NCBI GenBank assembly: GCA_026706895.1
Contig: JAPOXW010000027.1
Coordinates: 8,373 to 72,372 of the forward strand
DNA length: 64,000 bases
Reading direction: 5' to 3'
Source: Gammaproteobacteria bacterium
GTDB lineage: Bacteria > Pseudomonadota > Gammaproteobacteria > Poriferisulfidales > Poriferisulfidaceae
The position numbers were made by a program, and so were the translations under genes. Positions 22,514 through 32,098 of the stretch are shown here, one piece after another; position 1 is the stretch's first letter; each line of letters opens with the position of its first letter. The notes beneath the pieces are model-generated. The model searched no databases and had not been told where the DNA came from. It saw only the letters and a list, made by a program, of their open reading frames with translations.

Positions 22514-22890
22514 GCGTGGTCATTGACGCTTCGGCAGTACTCGCGGTGCTCAATGGCGAACTTGGCGCGGAAAGGACCGAGGATATTCCGGTGGGCGGTC
22601 TGATCAGCGCCACAAATTTCTCGGAAGTACTCTCGAAACTGGTGGATGTGGGTCTTGACGACGATACAGCCATCGGCGCATTTGATGCACTCATGCTGAC
22701 TGTTGTTCCCGTCGATGCCGCGCAAGCGCAATACGCAGGGCTTCTGCGCCGTCAAACTCGCGAGTACGGCCTGTCCCTGGGTGATCGTGCTTGCCTCGCC
22801 TTGGCGGCCACGCGAGAGTTTCCGGCGGTCACGGCAGACCGCGTCTGGGCGAAGCTGGACCTCGACATCGAGATCAAAGTTATCCGATGA
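22510..22890 (+). CDS. vapC: PIN-domain ribonuclease toxin
   Basis: VIDASAVLA N-terminal PIN motif, 126 aa. Confidence 0.8.
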   Translation: MSVVIDASAVLAVLNGELGAERTEDIPVGGLISATNFSEVLSKLVDVGLDDDTAIGAFDALMLTVVPVDAAQAQYAGLLRRQTREYGLSLGDRACLALAATREFPAVTADRVWAKLDLDIEIKVIR

Positions 22891-22959
22891 GCCAGCCAGC
22901 CGACAGCCACCGGATAAAATTTCCTTCCTCCCTGCCCCATCAATTGCACCGTACTGGCC

Positions 22960-23583
22960 ATGTCTCCGACCCCGGAAGAACTGAGACTCGACCGTCAGGC
23001 GCGTGAACTCCATGTCCGCTTCGACGACGGCGCCGAATTCGTGCTCCCCTGCGAGTACCTGCGCGTCTTTTCCCCCTCCGCCGAGGTGAAAACGGCACGG
23101 GCCCGCGGCGACTTGGTCACGGACAAACAGAGCGTCAACATTGAGCGCATTGAGCCTTGCGGGACATACGCCGTCCGTCTCTATTTCAGCGACGGCCACG
23201 ACACCGGAATCTATTCCTGGGAATCCCTGTACCAGCTGGGCCAAGACCATCAAAAAAACTGGCAACAGTACCTAGCCGATCTCGAACAACGGAAGCAATC
23301 CCCCGCGGAAAGCGAAGAGCGAGTTATCACCCTCCTGCTGTTCGGCGCCTTGGCCGAAGAATTGGAGATGGAGTGGGTGGAGGTGGCCCTGCCCAGCGAA
23401 ACGGCAACGGTTGCCGACTTTTTGTACTGGCTGCGCCAGCGCGGGGACGACTGGCACGAGGCCATCGACCCCAGGCGGCTGACTGTTACGGTCAACCGGC
23501 AATCCGCCGAACCGGCCACTCGCCTGCACAACGGAGACGAGGTCTCGTTGACTCCGACTTACAGAAAGATATCTCACGACTGA
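22960..23583 (+). CDS. DUF971 (GBBH-like N-terminal) domain fused to MoaD/ThiS-like ubiquitin-fold domain lacking C-terminal Gly-Gly
   Basis: N-terminal ~110 aa DUF971-like; C-terminal ~90 aa aligns well to E. coli MoaD (ITLLLFGALAE.../NGDEVSLTP vs IKVLFFAQVRE.../DGDEVAFFPP) but ends ...TPTYRKISHD instead of GG. Confidence 0.55.
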   Translation: MSPTPEELRLDRQARELHVRFDDGAEFVLPCEYLRVFSPSAEVKTARARGDLVTDKQSVNIERIEPCGTYAVRLYFSDGHDTGIYSWESLYQLGQDHQKNWQQYLADLEQRKQSPAESEERVITLLLFGALAEELEMEWVEVALPSETATVADFLYWLRQRGDDWHEAIDPRRLTVTVNRQSAEPATRLHNGDEVSLTPTYRKISHD

Positions 23584-23585
23584 CC

Positions 23586-24908
23586 CTAGCCGGCCATGGA
23601 GCCCAGTTCAGTCAACAGGATTCCGGTCAACGCACAAGTCACCATCACCGGCACCACCGGGACCCGTCCGGCGGAGAGAGCCAGCAATGCCAGCCCGGTC
23701 ATCAGCGCCATGTTGAAGTCGGGTGGAGCCTCCCAACCATGCGTCCAAATGACATGTCCCGCGAACACCACCGCCAGATTCAGCATGACGCCGACGACGG
23801 CTGCGGTGATGGCGGTCAGCGGAGCGGTGAAGGCGGGACGGTGGCGCGTCTGTTCGATATAAGGCGCGCCGATGAAAATGAACAGGAATGAGGGCAGGAA
23901 CGTATACCAAGCCGCGATCATGGCGGCCAAAATCCCGGCCTCCGCCATTCGGTCCGACCCGAATAACTGTCCTTCCCATCCCCCGACGAAGCCGACGAAG
24001 GAGGTGATCACCACCAATGGCCCGGGGATCAGTTCCCGCAACGCGAGCCCGTCGATCATCTGGGCGCCTGTAATCCACTGGAAATGCTCCACCGCGCTCT
24101 GGTACACGTAGGGAAGAACCGCGTAGGCACCGCCGAAAGACAGAACAGCAGCCTTGCTGAAAAACACCGACATGTCCGTCAGCGTGCCGCTGTCGTCGAT
24201 TAAATGGGCAATCACATACACTCCGGCCCACAAACCGGCTCCGGCCACACACAGCCACAAGACTCCGCGCCGGGTGATTGAAAGCGCGGATGTGAAATTG
24301 TCTTCGTCCGCCGTTGCAGTTTGGGAATCGGACGGCGCGACCCAAGCGGGCTTGACCCAATGCACCAACCAGCCCAGAACCCCTGCGGAAATGATGATTA
24401 ATGGAAAAGGAAGGTGAAACACGTACAGTCCGGCAAACGCCGCGATCATCACCGCCCAAAGCAGGGTATTGCGCATGACACGTCGTCCGATCCGCCAAAT
24501 CGCGTACAAAATCACTGCCGTCACTGCCGGCTTGACCCCATACAGCGAGGCAGCCACCCACTCGATGTCCCCGAACGCCAAATACAGCCAGGCCAGCACC
24601 ACGATCATGAGCAGCGAAGGGGCCACGAACAGGATGCCGGCGATCAGCCCTCCCAACCTTCCATGCAGCAGCCAACCGATATAGGTGGCCAACTGTTGCG
24701 CCTCCGGGCCCGGCAGCACCATGGTGTAGTTGAGGGCGTGGAGGAACCGGTGCTCGGAAATCCAGCGCAGGCGCTCCACCAGTTCCAGGTGCATGATCCC
24801 GATCGCACCGCCCGGACCGCCAAAGCTGACCAGTCCCAAACGCAGCCAGTAACGCATGGCCTGCCACAGGCTGAGCGAGGTCGGCATGGTCTTGTATGAC
24901 TCGGTCAT
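23586..24908 (-). CDS. chrA: chromate ion transporter (CHR family)
   Basis: SLWQ..LRLGLVSFGGP motif in both halves; start likely at 24908 or 24887 rather than 24953. Confidence 0.8.
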   Translation of the reverse strand: MTESYKTMPTSLSLWQAMRYWLRLGLVSFGGPGGAIGIMHLELVERLRWISEHRFLHALNYTMVLPGPEAQQLATYIGWLLHGRLGGLIAGILFVAPSLLMIVVLAWLYLAFGDIEWVAASLYGVKPAVTAVILYAIWRIGRRVMRNTLLWAVMIAAFAGLYVFHLPFPLIIISAGVLGWLVHWVKPAWVAPSDSQTATADEDNFTSALSITRRGVLWLCVAGAGLWAGVYVIAHLIDDSGTLTDMSVFFSKAAVLSFGGAYAVLPYVYQSAVEHFQWITGAQMIDGLALRELIPGPLVVITSFVGFVGGWEGQLFGSDRMAEAGILAAMIAAWYTFLPSFLFIFIGAPYIEQTRHRPAFTAPLTAITAAVVGVMLNLAVVFAGHVIWTHGWEAPPDFNMALMTGLALLALSAGRVPVVPVMVTCALTGILLTELGSMAG

Positions 24909-24955
24909 TTGTTGCAAACTAGACTTCCGATTCCTAAACAATACAGGAGGCATTC

Positions 24956-25273
24956 ATGTCGGATAATATCGTTTCCCGTTCCGGTGCCGTGGTCGGACAA
25001 TGGGATGGCAAGGACGTCAAGGATTTGCAGGAAGAACTCGCGCGCATCAAGCGCGAAGTTCCGGGCGACAGGGTGGAGCCTTCCGGGGTTCCGCATCAGG
25101 ATCAATTCCCGGACGACCTGAAGAATTTCACGGCCTATATCCTGTGGGGCTGTGATTTGAACAATGTCTGCCTGGTCGGCTCCGGCGCCAACCGCCCCGA
25201 GTCGGTCGAATCCATTCGAGAGTTCTATGGCAACCAAATCGCCAAGGATGCGATGGCCCGGCACGATGAGTGA
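24956..25273 (+). CDS. hypothetical protein (105 aa)
   Basis: Strong AGGAGG RBS 7 nt upstream; no family recognised. Confidence 0.45.
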   Translation: MSDNIVSRSGAVVGQWDGKDVKDLQEELARIKREVPGDRVEPSGVPHQDQFPDDLKNFTAYILWGCDLNNVCLVGSGANRPESVESIREFYGNQIAKDAMARHDE

Positions 25274-25465
25274 AAATCCAAGTCGAATTTAGCTAGTTAA
25301 AGCGCCTGAAATCCTCCGACAAGAGACAATTGCAGATTACATCCTGCTTCTCAGTCGGAGGTTCCGGCGCCAATCTGTAGCGGACTTTCAAGGGTCACGA
25401 GTCGACGGTAACTCCGTCCCGGCTCATTGTACCGGCAGGCTTGGCCAGGGCTGTACACTGGGATC

Positions 25466-26569
25466 ATGCAAAAGTATCTGGTAGGCGGCGCGGTGCGCGA
25501 TGAGTTGCTGGGGCTCCCAGTCTCGGAACGCGACTGGGTCGTGGTCGGCGTACGTCCGGAACAACTTCTCGAACTCGGCTACCGCCCAATCGGGCGGGAT
25601 TTCCCGGTCTTTCTGCATCCAGAGACTCAGGAAGAATATGCGCTGGCGCGCACGGAACGCAAGACCGGTCGCGGTTATCACGGGTTTTCATTTCATGCCA
25701 GCCCGGAGGTCTCGCTGGAGGAAGACCTGCGCCGTCGGGATTTGACTATCAATGCGATGGCCCAGAACGAGGCCGGGGAATTGATCGACCCGTACGGCGG
25801 GCAACGCGACCTGGAAGCCAAGGTCCTGCGCCATGTCTCTCCCGCCTTCGACGAGGACCCGGTGCGCGTGCTGCGGGTTGCGCGCTTTGCGGCCCGTTTC
25901 CATGGGCTTGGGTTCCAGATCGCCGATGAAACCCTTGAGCGGATGCGCGCCATCGCGGAAACCGGAGAAGTGGGCACCCTGACTCCAGAGCGGGTATTCC
26001 TGGAGCTTCAGCGCGCCCTGATGGAATCCGCCCCAGAAGTGTTTGTTGCCGCTCTCGCCGCCTGCGGCGCCTGGCCCGCAATTTTCCCGCAACTGCCCGA
26101 CACGGCGGCCATCGAACAGACCTTGCGCGAGTCGGCGGCGGCAAAGTCGCCATTGCCCGTGCGTTTCGCCTGTCTCTCCTGGCACAGCCGCGATGCCGAC
26201 GCCTGGTGTCAGGCCATTCGCGCACCGCGCAGGCTCGCCCAAGCCGCCCGGCTGCTGCACCGGCACTTCTCCACCTGGTCCAATCTGGATTCCAATGACC
26301 CCTCGGCCGTGTTGGCCCTGCTTGAATCCCTCGATGCCGTGAGACGACCGCAGCAACTTGAAGATTTCAGTGCCGCCGCTGCCGTTCTCAGCACTGTGCT
26401 CGAACTGGATTGTGAGCGAACCAACCGGCGCGTGCACGCTGCCTGCGTTGCTCTTCGAGATTGCGACGAGAAGTCTGCTGTCCAGCAAACCGACCAAAGG
26501 ACGGTTCGCGAGCGAGTTCACGAGGCACGGCTCGAAGCCGTGCGCGCCGCCTTAATGGAAAGCCAGTAG
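25466..26569 (+). CDS. cca: tRNA nucleotidyltransferase (CCA-adding enzyme)/poly(A) polymerase family
   Basis: GGAVRD and RDxTxN motifs; start likely at [12 protein letters not shown] (25466). Confidence 0.8.
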   Translation: MQKYLVGGAVRDELLGLPVSERDWVVVGVRPEQLLELGYRPIGRDFPVFLHPETQEEYALARTERKTGRGYHGFSFHASPEVSLEEDLRRRDLTINAMAQNEAGELIDPYGGQRDLEAKVLRHVSPAFDEDPVRVLRVARFAARFHGLGFQIADETLERMRAIAETGEVGTLTPERVFLELQRALMESAPEVFVAALAACGAWPAIFPQLPDTAAIEQTLRESAAAKSPLPVRFACLSWHSRDADAWCQAIRAPRRLAQAARLLHRHFSTWSNLDSNDPSAVLALLESLDAVRRPQQLEDFSAAAAVLSTVLELDCERTNRRVHAACVALRDCDEKSAVQQTDQRTVRERVHEARLEAVRAALMESQ

Positions 26570-27343
26570 AAGCCCGCCGAGCACCACCCGGTACAGCGCG
26601 AACGGCATCATCCCGATTCGCTCGATCAGGCGCAGGAAGAAGTGGATGCACAGCCAGGCGGAAATTCCCGCGACCAAGGCACCCAGGATTAACGCCCCCC
26701 AATCCACTGCTTGAGTTACGTGCAAAGATTTTTGCAGGGATAAAGTCCCAGCGGCGGCAATCGTCGGAATTGCCAAAAGGAAAGCCACTCGTGCGGCGGC
26801 GGTTCGCTGCAGACCCAGAGCCAAAGCCGCCGTCATCACGATGCCGGCCCGCGACACTCCCGGCACCAGTGCCAGGCACTGCGCGGACCCGATCCATACG
26901 GCATCGCTCCAGCGCAATTGCTCCTCGGTTCGTGCCCGGGAACCTTGAGCGTCTGCAACCCACAGCAAGATGCCGAATCCTAGCGTCGTCCAGGCGATGA
27001 GCTGCACTTCGCGCAGATCAGTCGACACCACGCTAAACATCGCCGCGCCGACGATCACGATCGGAATCGTCGCAACAACCAACCAGACGGCCAGGTAACG
27101 CGCGGATTCCGATTCCGGGGCTTCGCCAGCCACCACGGCATGCAGCATTGCCCCAAGTTCTCGGCGGAAATAGCTCAACATCGCGAGCAGAGCGCCCACA
27201 TGCACGGCAACATCGAATGCGTGGCCCTGGTCTTCCCAGCCGAGCAGCACTGGAGCCAGGATCAAGTGGGCGGAGCTGGAAATCGGCAGGAACTCTGTCG
27301 CCCCCTGCAGCAGTGCCAGAACCAGAACCTCAAGCCAGTTCAT
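26552..27343 (-). CDS. uppP: undecaprenyl-diphosphate phosphatase
   Basis: [28 protein letters not shown]-terminus. Confidence 0.85.
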   Translation of the reverse strand: MNWLEVLVLALLQGATEFLPISSSAHLILAPVLLGWEDQGHAFDVAVHVGALLAMLSYFRRELGAMLHAVVAGEAPESESARYLAVWLVVATIPIVIVGAAMFSVVSTDLREVQLIAWTTLGFGILLWVADAQGSRARTEEQLRWSDAVWIGSAQCLALVPGVSRAGIVMTAALALGLQRTAAARVAFLLAIPTIAAAGTLSLQKSLHVTQAVDWGALILGALVAGISAWLCIHFFLRLIERIGMMPFALYRVVLGGLLLAFH

Positions 27344-28479
27344 TACAGCCGGTTCCGGTGATCCGGGCAAACGCGATGCGGCAACTCGACCGGAAAATCG
27401 CGAGCCAGCGCCAGCACCCTGAAGCGTTCACCCATGCGGTCGGGATGCGTCAGGGTTTCTATCTGTCCGCGTTGCGCAAGCCACGTGGCTTCATCTGCCG
27501 AGGAGTCGGCAGCCTCCAGCAAGCCGTATTCCAGCAGAAAACCAGCCTGCGAGGTGAACATCAGGATATCGAATCCTCGCTCCGCCGCCAGTTCCGCGAC
27601 TGCCGTGAAATCCACGTCCACGCTGATGTCTTCGTGCCCTGGCTGGCGAAACGGGTCCGAATGCACTTGGTGATCCGCATGGCAGCGCAAGGTGCCGGTG
27701 ACCCGCTGGGAATGGTAATACTCCCGGCGCGGATAGCCGTAATCGATGATCAGCACAACGCCACGTCGCAGAGATTCATCCAACTCATCCAGCCACGCGC
27801 GCAGGTCGTCATGCCGCCACTCCGAGCAATATCCAGCCGCAGGAGCCTCTTCAAGTTCGGCAATTAACCGGTCCAAGTCCGGGCTGGCCGGCGTTCCAAG
27901 TTCCCAGCAGAACTCATCTCCGCCCCGGACGGCAACCATGCGCTCGCGAATGCCTTCGTCGGTCACCTCAAAGCAACGGGCCGGCAAAGCATCCAGAAAT
28001 TCATTGGCTAGCACGATCCCCTCGAATGCCTTGGGCAGCCTGTCAGACCAGCGCAGCGATGTGCCCCGGCCGTCCAAGGTCTCGGCCTGTTGCTTTCGCA
28101 ATCCGGACGAACGCTCCAGCAACCAATAGTCGTCCGGTCGCTCTTTCAGCGCATCCAACACGTCGCGCGCCAGCATGCCGTTACCGGGCCCGTACTCCGC
28201 AATCGCGCCATTGCCCAGTTCTTCCCGGGAAAAATCACAGAAACGCGCCACGCAGCGGGCAAGGAGATCTCCCAACCCCGGCGCGGTGACAAAATCCCCG
28301 GACGTGCCGAATATGGGGTGCACTCGTTCGTAGTACCCGTATTCCGGAGCATACAGTGCCTGTTCCATGTACTGGTCGAACCGCAGCGGACCTTCCTGCC
28401 GGATTTGTTCCGCCAAGCGCATGCGCAAGGCATCCACGGGAATCTCCGATTCGGACACGGGTGAGGAAATGACGGTCAT
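27343..28479 (-). CDS. class I SAM-dependent methyltransferase, DUF185/NDUFAF7-like
   Basis: FGTSGDFVTAPGL motif typical of DUF185 family, 378 aa. Confidence 0.65.
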   Translation of the reverse strand: MTVISSPVSESEIPVDALRMRLAEQIRQEGPLRFDQYMEQALYAPEYGYYERVHPIFGTSGDFVTAPGLGDLLARCVARFCDFSREELGNGAIAEYGPGNGMLARDVLDALKERPDDYWLLERSSGLRKQQAETLDGRGTSLRWSDRLPKAFEGIVLANEFLDALPARCFEVTDEGIRERMVAVRGGDEFCWELGTPASPDLDRLIAELEEAPAAGYCSEWRHDDLRAWLDELDESLRRGVVLIIDYGYPRREYYHSQRVTGTLRCHADHQVHSDPFRQPGHEDISVDVDFTAVAELAAERGFDILMFTSQAGFLLEYGLLEAADSSADEATWLAQRGQIETLTHPDRMGERFRVLALARDFPVELPHRVCPDHRNRL

Positions 28480-28528
28480 GGCGCTGCTATTATCACGTTA
28501 TCATGGACATGAGCGGACAGACAGGAAA

Positions 28529-29281
28529 ATGACCTCCCCCTCTTTGGACGGCCAAACCATCCTGATAACCGGTTCTGCGCGCCGGTTGGGCGCGCATATG
28601 GCACGCCATCTGCACCAGGCCGGCGCCAATATCGTGCTGCATTGCCGGCACTCCATGGTCGAGGCTCAGCAACTGGCGGAAGAACTGCAGGAACAGCGCC
28701 CGGATTCGGTCGCTCTCGTTACCGCCGACCTTCGCGAGGAACAGAGTGAATTTTCCATCATTGCGGCAGCCGTGCAGTCGTTCGGACGGCTGGACGCACT
28801 CGTCAACAATGCCTCTCTGTTCGATCCCGGCGGGGTGGCGCCGGCAAACCCGGAGCAATGGGAAGAAATCCAGGCCGTCAATGTCCGGGCTCCATGGCTG
28901 CTGGCAGAAGCGGCAACGCCGTACCTGCGCGAGACGCAGGGCTGCATTATCAACCTTCTGGACATCTACGCCACGCGCCCGCTGCGCGGCTACCTGTCGT
29001 ACAGTACCAGTCAAGCCGCCTTGGCCGGACTGACCCGCGCTCTGGCGCTGGAACTCGCTCCAGACGTACGTGTCAATGGCATTGCGCCGGGTGCGATCCT
29101 GTGGCCGGATGAGGCTGATGGCCGGGATCGCCAAGCCATTATCGACAGCACGGCACTGAAGTGTCTCGGCCACCCGGACGACATCGCCCGCGCGGCACTA
29201 TTCCTGATTAGAGATGCGGGCTACCTGACAGGAGAAGTCCTGACCGTCGACGGCGGGCGCAGTCTCACGCCCTGGACCTGA
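28529..29281 (+). CDS. short-chain dehydrogenase, pteridine reductase (FolM)-like
   Basis: ILITGSARRLG Rossmann motif; AGGAAA RBS before ATG at 28529; adjacent to folBK. Confidence 0.65.
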   Translation: MTSPSLDGQTILITGSARRLGAHMARHLHQAGANIVLHCRHSMVEAQQLAEELQEQRPDSVALVTADLREEQSEFSIIAAAVQSFGRLDALVNNASLFDPGGVAPANPEQWEEIQAVNVRAPWLLAEAATPYLRETQGCIINLLDIYATRPLRGYLSYSTSQAALAGLTRALALELAPDVRVNGIAPGAILWPDEADGRDRQAIIDSTALKCLGHPDDIARAALFLIRDAGYLTGEVLTVDGGRSLTPWT

Positions 29282-29758
29282 TACCGGGCGCAGGGTGACA
29301 GGGTTGTCGTCCTGCCATTCCTGCCACAGTTGCGCAATGGGGATCCCCAGTATCGGGTGCTCCAGACCCCCGCAGATCTCCGCCAGAGGGCCAAGCACGA
29401 ATTCATGGTGCAGGATTTCCTCGCGCGGCAAGGACAGGACCCCATCCCCCAGTACCCAATCGTCATAGAGCAACACGTCCAGATCGATCGTGCGGGACAC
29501 GAAACGGTCCTTGCCCCGAACCCGTTCCAGTTCGGTTTCGATCCGGTATAAGGCTTTGTTGACGACATGGGGGTGGTCTTGCGTGTCAAACGCCACGACC
29601 ATGTTGTGAAAATCGTCGCCCTCGAATCCCAGCGCCGGGGATTCGTACAGGGTGGACCGGGTCAGCAGCCCATAATGTTCCTCCAGCCGCTCCAAGGCTT
29701 CCGCAATCTTGCGTTCCCGGTCGATGTTGCTGCCGAGGCTGACATACACCCGCGCCAT
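29198..29758 (-). CDS. folK: 2-amino-4-hydroxy-6-hydroxymethyldihydropteridine pyrophosphokinase
   Basis: VYVSLGSNI...RTIDLDVLLYDD HPPK motifs; TAATG overlap with folB; 3' end overlaps convergent SDR gene. Confidence 0.8.
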   Translation of the reverse strand: MARVYVSLGSNIDRERKIAEALERLEEHYGLLTRSTLYESPALGFEGDDFHNMVVAFDTQDHPHVVNKALYRIETELERVRGKDRFVSRTIDLDVLLYDDWVLGDGVLSLPREEILHHEFVLGPLAEICGGLEHPILGIPIAQLWQEWQDDNPVTLRPVSGPGRETAPAVDGQDFSCQVARISNQE

Positions 29759-30108
29759 TAATCCCCTCGCTCGATCTCGACCCCGACTTCCTGCGCGGTC
29801 CGGACTGCAAATGGCTTGGCGATTCGGACTCGTACCCAACTCACCGAGAATTCTTCACGGATCAGGTTCGCCACCGCCTCGGCCAGCGATTCGACCAACT
29901 GATACTGGCTGTTCTCCACGAATTCCACCACACGCTGGCTGATCGCCTTGTAGTCGACGGCCTCCTCCAGCGTATCGCTGACCGCTGAATGCGCCACATC
30001 CGCCCGGAGATCCAGATCCAGCACCAGATTTTGGCGAATCTGCTTCTCCCATTCGAAAACGCCGATTACGGCCTTCGCCTTGAGGCCCCGGATGAAAACG
30101 GTATCCAT
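29758..30108 (-). CDS. folB: dihydroneopterin aldolase
   Basis: MDTVFIRGL...VIGVFEWEK canonical FolB. Confidence 0.8.
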   Translation of the reverse strand: MDTVFIRGLKAKAVIGVFEWEKQIRQNLVLDLDLRADVAHSAVSDTLEEAVDYKAISQRVVEFVENSQYQLVESLAEAVANLIREEFSVSWVRVRIAKPFAVRTAQEVGVEIERGD

Positions 30109-30172
30109 GATTCAGCCGCAGAATGTAGCACAGACGGCCGGGGTACGATAGAATTGCCCGTTCAGGGCGGGC

Positions 30173-30260
<88 letters not shown>

Positions 30261-30384
30261 CTCGGCACCATCGCTCCAAAACCAGAAGGAAAGACCGGGC
30301 AATGCCCGACCCAGCCCAGTCTGCAAGGCAGTGTGTCCGCCTGCCTGACCCAACGCTTTCCGTCAAGACTCCCGTCTCACCGGA

Positions 30385-30765
30385 TCAACTGTGGCGAAGA
30401 TAGGCAAACCGGGGATCATCCGGAGTGCCTTCAAGTGCCGAACCTTCAGGGGGCTGCCATGTCATGGCCTCCTCGATCCGGGTCGCCAACTCAAAGTCCC
30501 GGTTGGTCACCCCTTTCTTCGCATGGGTGGTCAGTTTGACGATCACGAACGCATATGAAACGGTCAGGTCTGGATGATGCCAGCCCTGTTCCGCCAAGTG
30601 TCCAATCGTGGTCACGGCCATGAGCGTACCCTTCCAGCTTGCCGTGCGGTATTTGCGGCGAATCCAGCCGGATTCCAAATACCACTCGGGCAGTTCTTCC
30701 TTGAGCCGCGCCTCGATTTCCTCGTCCGTGTAGGTTGCGTCGTTGTCTTCTTTTTTCAGGCTCAT
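30385..30765 (-). CDS. phhB: pterin-4-alpha-carbinolamine dehydratase
   Basis: EEIEARLKE...WxxxxxxL...THAKKGVTNRD PCD/DCoH pattern; GAGGG RBS before ATG at 30765. Confidence 0.75.
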   Translation of the reverse strand: MSLKKEDNDATYTDEEIEARLKEELPEWYLESGWIRRKYRTASWKGTLMAVTTIGHLAEQGWHHPDLTVSYAFVIVKLTTHAKKGVTNRDFELATRIEEAMTWQPPEGSALEGTPDDPRFAYLRHS

Positions 30766-30932
30766 AATTTTCCCTCGTGCTGCATCCGCCCATTCTACTC
30801 TTGCGCAGTCATAAAATAGGAAATCCTGTACCGGTCCTGCATGCCCCGCACCGTGCGAATGCGGATGTGGAGCCATGTGCCAGTGCCGGCAGAAAGTTTG
30901 GGAAAGAGAATATCCGCCTAGCTGATGCTGAC

Positions 30933-31400
30933 ATGCGCCTGAATCTATGCCGAATCCGGCAGACACTCCTGCCCCCAGCCATCCTTGCGACGGCTGTTTT
31001 CCTGGTGCTGCCCGCATGCAGCGGGGAAAGAACCGACCTGACGGGCGCCCAAGCCTGGGTACTCGAGCCCTCCGCCGAAGGCATTTCCACCGGCGGGCTG
31101 ACCGTGCACAACCGGACCGACGAAGCGCGAATCCTGCTGCACATCATGGCGACTGACTTCAGGCAGGCGAACATCCGCGCAAAAACCGGTTCCAGTTCTC
31201 CGCCTTCCATCGTCATCGAAGCCTACCAAACCATTGAACTGCCGCCGGATGGCGTCGTTTTCTTGCTGGAAGGGCCCGAACGCTCCCTTCACGCCGGCGA
31301 CAAGACCTTGCTCGCACTGCATTTCGACGACAGTCAAGCGATTTTCATCAATGCGGAAGTCCGGGCATCTTCCCCCTCCTCCCCCGGGTCTGAGCCATGA
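30933..31400 (+). CDS. lipoprotein, weak PCu(A)C/DUF461-like beta-sandwich resemblance without the copper ligands
   Basis: Lipobox LVLPAC after basic/hydrophobic signal; AWVxxPS...GGLTVHN...ELPPDGVVFL...GDKTLLALHF...AEVR pattern; 4-nt overlap with downstream permease. Confidence 0.35.
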   Translation: MRLNLCRIRQTLLPPAILATAVFLVLPACSGERTDLTGAQAWVLEPSAEGISTGGLTVHNRTDEARILLHIMATDFRQANIRAKTGSSSPPSIVIEAYQTIELPPDGVVFLLEGPERSLHAGDKTLLALHFDDSQAIFINAEVRASSPSSPGSEP

Positions 31401-32098
31401 GCGATTTCGGCGAAGCCCTGGTCGCCTCAGCCGGTCTTTTGACGGGACTGAATCCTGATCTCCTGGAGATCATCCGACTGTCATTGTTCGTCACCCTGAC
31501 TGCCGTCTGTATTGCAACCATAATCGGCATTCCGCTGGGAGGCCTGCTTGCGGTCAAGCGATTCCCGGGGCGCGGGTTCGTTGTGCTCGTGATCGACACT
31601 TTCATGGGGCTGCCGCCCGTTGTCGTCGGACTGATTGTCTATCTGTGGCTGTCGCGTTCCGGCCCTCTCGGCGTGCTGGGCCTGCTGTACACCCCAACCG
31701 CGATGATCATCGCGCAGTGCCTGTTGGTCACACCCATCATCGCCGCATTGTCCCGCCAGGTCATCGCCGACGCCCACGGTCAATATGACGAACAACTTCG
31801 TTCCTTGGGCGCGGCACGTTGGCAGCGCATCGCCACTTTGCTCTGGGAGACCCGGACCAGTCTTCTTGTGACGGTGCTGGCTGGCTTCGGGCGAGCCAAC
31901 GCGGAGGTCGGTGCCGTCATGATCGTGGGTGGAAACATCAACCATGTCACCCGTGTAATGACTACCAGCGTCGCCTACGAAACCAGCCGCGGCAACCTCA
32001 CCCAAGCCCTGGCACTCGGCATCGTGCTGATCCTGATCGCCATGCTGTTGACCCTGCTGCTGCACCAGTTGCGCAGACTCAACGTGGAGCCCGGATGA
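31397..32098 (+). CDS. ABC transporter permease (TupB/ModB-type anion permease)
   Basis: 233 aa, 5-6 TM segments, EAA-like loop. Confidence 0.7.
   Translation: MSDFGEALVASAGLLTGLNPDLLEIIRLSLFVTLTAVCIATIIGIPLGGLLAVKRFPGRGFVVLVIDTFMGLPPVVVGLIVYLWLSRSGPLGVLGLLYTPTAMIIAQCLLVTPIIAALSRQVIADAHGQYDEQLRSLGAARWQRIATLLWETRTSLLVTVLAGFGRANAEVGAVMIVGGNINHVTRVMTTSVAYETSRGNLTQALALGIVLILIAMLLTLLLHQLRRLNVEPG

Noticed and set aside
23608-24867. 419-aa minus-strand ORF in an alternative frame of the chrA region
   Set aside because: It is Arg/Gly-rich low-complexity. The chrA frame gives a CHR transporter with duplicated halves.
26388-27000. 191-aa and 179-aa ORFs
   Set aside because: They are out-of-frame or antisense overlaps of uppP and cca with Arg/Pro-rich composition.
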